The translations under genes were made by a program, and so were the position numbers. Shown in pieces: positions 57,051 to 64,000 of a stretch of DNA of 64,000 bases. Each line of letters begins with the position of its first letter. Positions within the stretch are counted from its first letter, which is position 1. Origin of the DNA: Methanomassiliicoccus sp. (lineage in GTDB: Archaea; Thermoplasmatota; Thermoplasmata; Methanomassiliicoccales; Methanomassiliicoccaceae); assembly GCA_018262895.1 (NCBI GenBank), contig JADFDJ010000010.1, positions 17,199-81,198 of the forward strand, written 5' to 3'. The notes under the pieces were generated by a model, which ran no database searches, was not told where the DNA came from, and worked only from the letters and a program-made list of their open reading frames with translations.

Positions 57051-57557
57051 CTATGGCCCCTTGGCCCGGTTCTCCATCCACCTCTTGACCGCGGTCTTGC
57101 TGGTCCCATCGATACCGAAGTACTCGCAGAACCGCTTGGTGGTGGTCAGCAGCAGCGTCTGCCCCTTCTTCTTTGCGGTCACCAGGCCCAGCTGGTGAAG
57201 CTCCCTTACATCATCGTACACTCTGGCACCCAGGGACCGCGCGAGGTCGCTCTGCAAAATGGGCTGATGATATGCGATCATGGCCGCTGTGCGGAGGACA
57301 TCGTCCGGCACCTCCTTGGGGGCGAACTGGCGACCGAAGGGGCGATACTGCTCCCTCACGATGAACGAGTAGCCCATGCCGGTCTTGGACAGCTCGATGG
57401 CCGAGCCCCGGCCGTCGTACTCCTCCTGCAGCTTCTTGATGGCCTTGCGGATTACGCTCCCGCCCAGCTGTGTCTGTACCTCCATCTCCGATATCTTTAC
57501 CGGTTGAGAGGAAGAGAACAGCACCGCCTCTATTATGCGGACGGGGTCCAGGTCCAA
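57051..57557 (-). CDS. scpB: segregation and condensation protein B
   Basis: IIEAVLFSSSQPVKISEM N-terminus. Two wHTH halves. Positioned after scpA and smc. Confidence 0.85.
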   Translation of the reverse strand: MDLDPVRIIEAVLFSSSQPVKISEMEVQTQLGGSVIRKAIKKLQEEYDGRGSAIELSKTGMGYSFIVREQYRPFGRQFAPKEVPDDVLRTAAMIAYHQPILQSDLARSLGARVYDDVRELHQLGLVTAKKKGQTLLLTTTKRFCEYFGIDGTSKTAVKRWMENRAKGP

Positions 57558-57558
57558 T

Positions 57559-58461
57559 TCACCTCACCACCTCAGTGCTAGCCTGGAAGGAACGGGGCGA
57601 AGGAGTGGCCGGAGCGTCCTCCAGCGTCCCGATGTCCCAGTCCATCTTTACCTCCAGGGAGATGGGACCGAAAGGCAGGTCCTCCTGCCAAACAGATATC
57701 TTGCCAGAGCGGGCGAGGAACAGCAACGACATGAAGACGGTGACCATATCCTCCTTCCCTCCATCCCATATGTCCGTGATGTCCACCGGACCGGTGCCGC
57801 ACCTGCAGATGCGCTGCCACACCATCTCCACGTCCCTCTCCATATCGTCGTTGTGGGCCTTGGAGTCAAAGGCGGCGTCAAGCTTGGCACGGTTGGCCTC
57901 CCTGAGCTTCTCCCGGAGCTTGTTGCGCTCCTCCTCCCTCTGCGCCTCCTCGAACGCATCGAGAAGCTCGACCAGCGTCACCGGGCGGCTCCCCCGGTGC
58001 CTGACCACCTCATTCAGCTCCACCTCGTCAGGCATGCACAGGATGGTGCGCGGCTCATCGAACGAGAACATGTCCATGAGGTCCATCTCCTCATGATCGG
58101 CGTTCCGCGTCTCGGAGTTGGAAAGCACCTGCTCGCTCTGCATCCTCAGGATGGACCAGGCCATCAGCATGAGCTTGCCGGCGATCACGAAATTGACCTC
58201 CTCGTCCCGGACCTTCTCCGCGTACAGCTCCGAGAAGCGTATGAGATCGACATCCCAGGGATCGAGATCGTTGGACAGTACCAGCTCGAACACCGTCTCG
58301 ATGGAGCGGTCCAGGGGGTCCCGCTGCAACACCTGGGAACCGGTCTCGTGTAGCACCGTGAGATATCGATCGATCTTCTCCGCACCGGCGCCCTCGTCGA
58401 TCATGGCCTTGTGGAAAAGGAGGTGCTCCAGCACCCCCTCAGCAGCTTGGTTGGCTATCAT
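57559..58461 (-). CDS. scpA: segregation and condensation protein A (kleisin)
   Basis: 300 aa. N-terminal DLDPWDVDLIRFSELY-type motif and a C-terminal wHTH region (VTVFMSLLFLARSGKISVWQED). Overlaps the smc stop by 4 nt. Confidence 0.8.
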   Translation of the reverse strand: MIANQAAEGVLEHLLFHKAMIDEGAGAEKIDRYLTVLHETGSQVLQRDPLDRSIETVFELVLSNDLDPWDVDLIRFSELYAEKVRDEEVNFVIAGKLMLMAWSILRMQSEQVLSNSETRNADHEEMDLMDMFSFDEPRTILCMPDEVELNEVVRHRGSRPVTLVELLDAFEEAQREEERNKLREKLREANRAKLDAAFDSKAHNDDMERDVEMVWQRICRCGTGPVDITDIWDGGKEDMVTVFMSLLFLARSGKISVWQEDLPFGPISLEVKMDWDIGTLEDAPATPSPRSFQASTEVVR

Positions 58462-61400
58462 AATGTCCCCTCCTCCATCTTTTCATCTGGTATCCTGAGC
58501 TCGGCCTGGAAGTCTCTCACATCGGAGACGTTGGGCCGCATGAGAACATGCGAAATCCCTCCCTCCTGCTTCGTGACCCCAATGATATGGTCGGCCTTTG
58601 TCAGAGTGATCTTGCGCAGGGAGATCTGAACGAACTGGGCGGTCTTGGATGATTTCTGGACGCGCCTGGCCACCATGTCCGCATTGATGCCGTCCAGGAA
58701 CATGTCCACCTCATCGAGGAGATAGAACGGGGAGGGCTGGTACTCCTGGATGGCGAAAATGAACGCCAGCGCGGTGAGCGATTTCTCACCTCCGCTGAGC
58801 GCCTCCAATCTCAGGACCTTTCCCTGCTTGGGCTTGGCCTTAATGGCCATCCCTCCCAGGAATGGCTCCTCCTTGTTCTCCATGATCAGCTCCGCCTCAC
58901 CGCCCTGCGAGAGCTCAGCGTACGCTCTTCTGAAGTTGGTGTTCACGGCCTCAAAGACCTTGTTAAGCGAGGTCTTCTTCTTGGTGTTCAGCTCGCTCTC
59001 CAACCGGAGCAGGTCCTTCCTCTGGGCCTCCAGCCTTGCGGACTCGCCGGATAGCTCATCGAACCTCCTCTTCCGTTCCTCGTAATCGTCAACTGCCTTG
59101 AGGTTTACAGGACCCATGGTGTTGATGGCATTGTCGCATTGTCGGATGGTGTCCCGCAGGACCTCCATGGAGGGAATGGGGAAGACGACCTCCACATTGA
59201 GCTGCTTTAGTTCCTCCTCCAGCTCCCTCATCCTTGCCTGTCCCTGGGCGATGCGGGTGTTGAGCCCAACTATGATCTCCCCTTTGGTCTCGATCGCCCC
59301 CGAGAGGTTGTCGCGCTCCCCCTCCAGAGCGGTCTTCTCACGGAAGATGCTTTCCTTCTTCTGCCTCAGGCCGTTCATCTCCTCACCCATTGAGTCCTCG
59401 ATCTTCCTGAGGGCTACCAGCTCCGTCCGGGAGCGGGCAGCCAGGGCCACCGCCTCCTGCCTTTCCTGCTGGAGCCTGGACAGCTTATCCTCGATCTGCT
59501 TCTGGGCGGCCACCAGCTCGTCGACGCGCTTCTGTGTGAGCTTGATCCGCGCATCCAGGGTATCCCTCTCCGAGCGTAGCTCGGAGGTGCTCCCGGTCAG
59601 GTCGGCGACCTCGGCCTGCAATGCCTTGAGCTTGAGGGACATCTCCTTGGGAGCCAGCTTCTCCATCCTCGCCCGGGCCTCATCACGGCCGGTGCGACAG
59701 GTCCCAAGCTCCTCCTCTCCCTTCCTGATGGTGTCTGCAAGCTGCGCGACCGCCGTAGTGGTCTGGGACATCTCCGCCTGTTTCTTCTCGCGCTCAGAGC
59801 GCAGGACGGCCAGCTTGGAGCGTATCTCCTCCCTCTGGCTCTCCAGTGCCTTTAAGGTCACCGACGAAGCGCCTCCCGCCCCTGTCAGCTCCCTTATCCT
59901 CCCCTCCAGCGCAAGCATGTCGGCCCGTACCTGACGCAGGTCCTCGTGCAACCGGTTGGAGGCCTCGATGGCCGCGTCCAGCTTTGCGGATACCTCCTCC
60001 AGACGTCCCTTGGAGGCAGCTCCGAACTTGAGCTGGGACTGCTCCATGTTCCCACCGACCATGGCCCCCGACGCTTCCAGGAGCTCTCCTCCAGAGGTCA
60101 CCAGGCGAACTCCGCCCATCAGTCTTCGGGCCTTCTCCAGAGTGTCCACCACTACGGTGTCGCCGAGAACGTACCAGAACGCTGCGCGGTACTTTTCATC
60201 GAACTTCACTAGATCGATGGCGAACCCCACGGCCTCCTTGGCGGCCATGATGGCCTTACCTCTTGGCCGGCCGTCGAGCATCTTGGTGAGCGGAAGGAAG
60301 GTAGCCCTCCCTAGGCCGTACCTCTTAAGGTGCTGGATGCACTGGGATGCCACCTCATCGTCATCGACAACGATGGCCTGCATGCGGTTACCAGCAGCCA
60401 CGTTGAGGGCGGTCTGGTATTGGGGATCGACCTCGGCGAGCTCCGCGATGGTGCCGTGGATCCCTCGGATGGTCCTACCGTCCCTCGCCTCCATGATGCC
60501 GCGCACCGCCCGGTTATAACCTCTGGCTATCTCCCCTGCGGCCTCCTCCTCGGCCTTCAGGCGGGATAGGTCGCGGTGGAGGGCCTTGATGGCCTGCTCC
60601 AGCTCGTCAGACTCGCGCGACATCCGGGCCTCAGCGTTCCTCTTCTGCAGGTACTCCTCCTGCAGACCCTTGAGCTCCTTTCCCGATCCCCGGTCCTGGT
60701 CCTTGATCTCCTTGATCCTCCACTCCAGGTCCGTTACGCCGAACTCCTGGACCTTGATGTCCTCGTCGATGGCAAAGATGTCGGCCTCAATGCGTCGGAC
60801 CCGCTCCTCCAGGCGCTCCCTCTCCATGACCTGGCGGTTCAGCACCCCCTCCCGGTCGCGAACGTCCTTCTCCCTGCTGGCAATGTCCTTCTCCAGTTCT
60901 GCCAGCTCAGTGTCGCAGGCGCTTATCTGACCCTGCACGTCAGCCAGGGCCTTCTTGCTCCTGGCCAGGTCAGCGACCCTCTTCTCCAGGAGCTTGGCCT
61001 TTTCATCATGCAGGGAGGTCATCGACAGCACCTCGGCGGATGTGGCATCCTTGTCCTCTCCAAGTGCCACCTGCTGCTCCTTCAGATCCGCCATGGTGGC
61101 GTCCGCATTGGCAACGCGGTCGTCCGACCGGGCCACCAGGACCCGTATGGCATCGATCTTCTCCTTGAGCTCCCGGAACTCCTTGCCCCCCTTGGCGTCC
61201 AGTTCCTTGTCCACCGCTATCATGGACGCGTCCAGCTGCTTCACTCTCTCAGCGATCTGGACCTTGCGGTCCCGAAGCCGGAGGATCTCGGCCTCGATGT
61301 TGCCTATCTGCCGCTGCGTGCTGGAGATGTCCGCTTCCGCCGCCTCCCGCTGCCGGTGCGCCAGCTGGGCCTTGCAGCGTACAAGGGTCTCCTTGGTCCG

Positions 61401-62063
61401 CAGATAGGTCATCGCCACCTCCTTCTCCTGCTCCAGCTGGTCTATCTGCCTCTGAAGTTCGGAGAGAATGATGGATATGCGGTCTATGTTGGCGTCGGTC
61501 TCATCCCTCTCACGCTGGGCCTTGAGTATCTCCTCATCGAACTTTGATATGCCCGATATGTCCTCGAGGACACGCCTCCTCTCCAGGTTGGACATCGTGA
61601 CCATCCTGGTCACGTCCCCCTGCTGTACGAAGTTGTACCCGTCCGCGCTGATGCGGGCGTTGGACAGTAGCATGTCGAACTCGGACAGCGATGACTTCCT
61701 ATCATTGACGTAGAAGTAAGAGCTGTAGCCGTCCCCCTCGGAGGAGAGCTTTACTAGTCGTGTGAGACGAACGTTTTCGTCATCGATGGGGATCATGCGG
61801 TCCTTGTTGTCGAATACCAGCGATACCTTGCAATAGTTTGCCGGCTGCTTGTTGTTGCCCCCATTGAATATGAGGTCCGTCAGCTTACCGGCGCGAATGG
61901 CACGGGAGCTCTTGGGACCGAGCACGAAGAGAATGGCGTCGGAAATGTTGGATTTGCCAGAGCCGTTGGGTCCGGTGACCGCGGTATAGCCTTCCAGCAG
62001 GGGCACGGTAAGCTTCTTACCGAAGGACTTGAAGTTCTCTAGCTCAATCTGTTTAAGGTACAT
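58458..62063 (-). CDS. smc: chromosome segregation protein SMC
   Basis: 1201 aa. Walker A GPNGSGKSN, long coiled coils, hinge (GIHGTIAELAEVDPQYQTALNVAAG), signature LSGGEKSLTALAFIFAI and Walker B FYLLDEVDMFLD. Confidence 0.95.
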   Translation of the reverse strand: MYLKQIELENFKSFGKKLTVPLLEGYTAVTGPNGSGKSNISDAILFVLGPKSSRAIRAGKLTDLIFNGGNNKQPANYCKVSLVFDNKDRMIPIDDENVRLTRLVKLSSEGDGYSSYFYVNDRKSSLSEFDMLLSNARISADGYNFVQQGDVTRMVTMSNLERRRVLEDISGISKFDEEILKAQRERDETDANIDRISIILSELQRQIDQLEQEKEVAMTYLRTKETLVRCKAQLAHRQREAAEADISSTQRQIGNIEAEILRLRDRKVQIAERVKQLDASMIAVDKELDAKGGKEFRELKEKIDAIRVLVARSDDRVANADATMADLKEQQVALGEDKDATSAEVLSMTSLHDEKAKLLEKRVADLARSKKALADVQGQISACDTELAELEKDIASREKDVRDREGVLNRQVMERERLEERVRRIEADIFAIDEDIKVQEFGVTDLEWRIKEIKDQDRGSGKELKGLQEEYLQKRNAEARMSRESDELEQAIKALHRDLSRLKAEEEAAGEIARGYNRAVRGIMEARDGRTIRGIHGTIAELAEVDPQYQTALNVAAGNRMQAIVVDDDEVASQCIQHLKRYGLGRATFLPLTKMLDGRPRGKAIMAAKEAVGFAIDLVKFDEKYRAAFWYVLGDTVVVDTLEKARRLMGGVRLVTSGGELLEASGAMVGGNMEQSQLKFGAASKGRLEEVSAKLDAAIEASNRLHEDLRQVRADMLALEGRIRELTGAGGASSVTLKALESQREEIRSKLAVLRSEREKKQAEMSQTTTAVAQLADTIRKGEEELGTCRTGRDEARARMEKLAPKEMSLKLKALQAEVADLTGSTSELRSERDTLDARIKLTQKRVDELVAAQKQIEDKLSRLQQERQEAVALAARSRTELVALRKIEDSMGEEMNGLRQKKESIFREKTALEGERDNLSGAIETKGEIIVGLNTRIAQGQARMRELEEELKQLNVEVVFPIPSMEVLRDTIRQCDNAINTMGPVNLKAVDDYEERKRRFDELSGESARLEAQRKDLLRLESELNTKKKTSLNKVFEAVNTNFRRAYAELSQGGEAELIMENKEEPFLGGMAIKAKPKQGKVLRLEALSGGEKSLTALAFIFAIQEYQPSPFYLLDEVDMFLDGINADMVARRVQKSSKTAQFVQISLRKITLTKADHIIGVTKQEGGISHVLMRPNVSDVRDFQAELRIPDEKMEEGTL

Positions 62064-62489
62064 TTCGCCTTCAACCCCCGCATACGGAGGCGGAAGAGGG
62101 GGCCAATCCTGGCATGGTCCCTATTCGCGCATCCCACCGAACCGGTCCGACGATTGTCGGACAATAGAAAACAAATGGGAATAGTTCATATATAATAATT
62201 GTTGCCACGTTATTAAAAATGGGCTTCTGGATGATACTTTTCGTTGTTCTCATTTTCCGCCATGACATGTCATCAAAGGACCGGCCTTAGCATAGCCAGC
62301 GCGTTCAGCCAGGGATGGTCTTGACATACTTAACACTTCGTCGGACAAAGCCTTTTCCGTCGGCGGTCCGAAAGTGCTTTTCCTTCATCAGGAGCGCCCG
62401 ATGGTCCCTCATAAATAACTGATGATGGTCCAGGATAGCGAGGATGTGATAGCAAACGATATGACCTAGCCCACGTTTGTCCACGGACG

Positions 62490-63122
62490 ATGACCAAGAT
62501 ACTCCTGTTATCCCCTCATACTGATGATGTCGAGCTCGGCTGCGGAGGAAGCGTGGCCAAGTTCATAGAGCAGGGGCATGAGGTGTTGTGGATCGCGTTC
62601 TCGGTCGCTGAGGACTCCCTCCCCGAAGATCTGCCCAAGGATACACTGGCCAGGGAGTTCGAGAAGGTCATCGGGCGTTATGGGCTGGATCCACATAACC
62701 GGGAGATTCTCGGGTTCCGGGTCCGGCATATGAGCGAGTATCGGCAGGATGTGCTCGATCACCTTGTGAAGGTGCGCTCCCAGTACGCACCCGACATCGT
62801 CATCGGGCCCTCGCTCCACGACTACCACCAGGACCATCAGGTCGTCGCCAACGAGATGATTAGGGCCTTCAAGACCACCTCCAGCATCATATCCTATGAG
62901 CTGCCGTGGAACAACGTCAGGTTCGACAGTCAGCTCTTCATCTCCCTCAATGAAGGCCATGTGCAGCGAAAGTGGGAGGCCCTCCAGGAGTACAGATCGC
63001 AGATGCTGCGTTCCCGTGGGTACTTCGAGAGGGAGTTCATCTTCGGCACTGCCCGAATGCACGGGGTCCAGTGCGGCGAGAGGTATGCCGAGGCCTTCGA
63101 GGTCATCCGCTGGAGACTATGA
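62490..63122 (+). CDS. PIG-L/LmbE-family N-acetylglucosaminyl deacetylase
   Basis: ILLLSPHTDDVELGCGGSV and HDYHQDH (zinc-site motifs). 210 aa. Confidence 0.8.
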   Translation: MTKILLLSPHTDDVELGCGGSVAKFIEQGHEVLWIAFSVAEDSLPEDLPKDTLAREFEKVIGRYGLDPHNREILGFRVRHMSEYRQDVLDHLVKVRSQYAPDIVIGPSLHDYHQDHQVVANEMIRAFKTTSSIISYELPWNNVRFDSQLFISLNEGHVQRKWEALQEYRSQMLRSRGYFEREFIFGTARMHGVQCGERYAEAFEVIRWRL

Positions 63123-63148
63123 GCATCTTCAGCTCGGAGGGGCGGCTC

Positions 63149-63889
63149 CTATAGAACCTGGCCGCCATCCACGCCGAGGATCTGACCGTTGATGAAGGAA
63201 GCTTTATCGGACATCAGGAATAGGGCCATGGCAGCGACGTCATCCGCGGTACCAGCACGTTTCAGGGGAGTGTCGGCGATCAGCTTCTGACGCACCTCTT
63301 CCTTGAGGCCTCTTGTCATATCCGTGTCGATGAACCCCGGAGCTATGGCGTTCACGCATATGCCTGACTCGCCCAGTTCCTTGGCCGCGGATAGGGTCAT
63401 GCCGATGACGAAGGCCTTGCTGGCCGAGTAGGCGGTCTGGCCCCTGTTACCTCTCCGGCCCACGATGGAGGCCAGGTTGATGATGCGCCCTGACCTCTGC
63501 TTCATCATCATCTTGGCGGCGGCACGGAGACATAGGAAGGAGCCGCGGCAGTTCACCGCCATGATGCGGTCCAGCTCCTCAGTGGAGGTCATGAGCAGCA
63601 GGTTGTTGCCCACGATGCCGGCGTTGTTGACGAGCACGTCCAGGCGGCCAAACCTCTCGCGCATGAACTTGAACAGGGCCTGTACCTCCGCCTCCGCGGA
63701 AACGTCGGCCCTGAAGGTCTCGGCCTTCAGTCCACGCGACCGCAGTTCCTCGGCAAGACCTAGAGCTTCGGTCTCGCTATGGTTGTAGTTGATCACCACG
63801 GTCGCTCCGTCCTCCGCCGCAGCGTGGGCGATCGCTCGCCCTATACCCCGGCTGGCTCCAGTGACCAGCACGATCTTGTCATTCATCAT
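63149..63889 (-). CDS. short-chain dehydrogenase/reductase (FabG-like 3-oxoacyl reductase)
   Basis: TGASRGIGRAIA, NNAG and YSASKAF catalytic motif, plus PGFIDTDM. 246 aa. GGAGGAG lies 10 nt upstream of the ATG. Confidence 0.88.
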   Translation of the reverse strand: MMNDKIVLVTGASRGIGRAIAHAAAEDGATVVINYNHSETEALGLAEELRSRGLKAETFRADVSAEAEVQALFKFMRERFGRLDVLVNNAGIVGNNLLLMTSTEELDRIMAVNCRGSFLCLRAAAKMMMKQRSGRIINLASIVGRRGNRGQTAYSASKAFVIGMTLSAAKELGESGICVNAIAPGFIDTDMTRGLKEEVRQKLIADTPLKRAGTADDVAAMALFLMSDKASFINGQILGVDGGQVL

Positions 63890-64000
63890 CTTCAGATCTC
63901 CTCCTGATGGTGACCCATCGGACCATCCTGTTCAATGGCATGATGCCGTCCCAGGGAAGGGTGAAATCGTGCATCTCCCCAGGCATCACGAAACGGTCCA
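63879..64000 (-). CDS. 3' end of an unidentified gene running off the window edge
   Basis: The minus-strand frame reading DRFVMPGEMHDFTLPWDGIMPLNRMVRWVTIRRRSEDDE* is open from the edge and has GC-rich third positions. An alternative frame instead ends at 63892-63894. No family assigned. Confidence 0.25.
   Translation of the reverse strand, partial: DRFVMPGEMHDFTLPWDGIMPLNRMVRWVTIRRRSEDDE

Overview
High-GC (~60%) archaeal chromosomal segment. Archaeal markers present: fibrillarin, Nop56/58, aIF5A, Kae1, ribosomal protein S15, an Sm-like protein, a RecJ-like DHH protein and archaeal-type tRNAs. A Thermoplasmata/Methanomassiliicoccales-like euryarchaeon is a guess, not something the sequence proves. 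Most of the window is tightly packed housekeeping operons, many with 1-14 nt start/stop overlaps. These include ppk1/CHAD-fusion/ppx/LigD-PE, glmM-glmU, JAMM-nadK-suhB, flpA-NUDIX, rps15-recJ-like and kae1. Further along are aguB-aguA, thiM-thiE, mtnA-aldolase, nop5, aIF5A-speB, an ABC importer with a DUF47 protein, and smc-scpA-scpB. Three stretches look accessory or decayed. (i) 1.9-4.3 kb holds a GNAT gene broken by two frameshifts, a 35-bp direct repeat pair with a 35-bp spacer, and a membrane-anchored AlbA_2 protein. (ii) About 22.6 kb holds a TnpB tail remnant. (iii) 27.2-35.5 kb lies downstream of tRNA-Val and holds an Imm5-like orphan, an aldo/keto reductase, a 5'-truncated DUF362 gene abutting a hybrid histidine kinase, a CDGSH protein and a surface GH5-like glycosidase. 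The most unusual item is the polyphosphate operon, whose middle gene fuses CHAD, a calcineurin-like phosphoesterase and a Ppx-type HD tail, followed by a stand-alone LigD 3'-phosphoesterase. No cas genes, intact mobile element or recognisable defence system were seen. The many long antisense ORFs in the track are GC-driven shadows. All family calls rest on motif recognition by eye and need HMM/BLAST confirmation.
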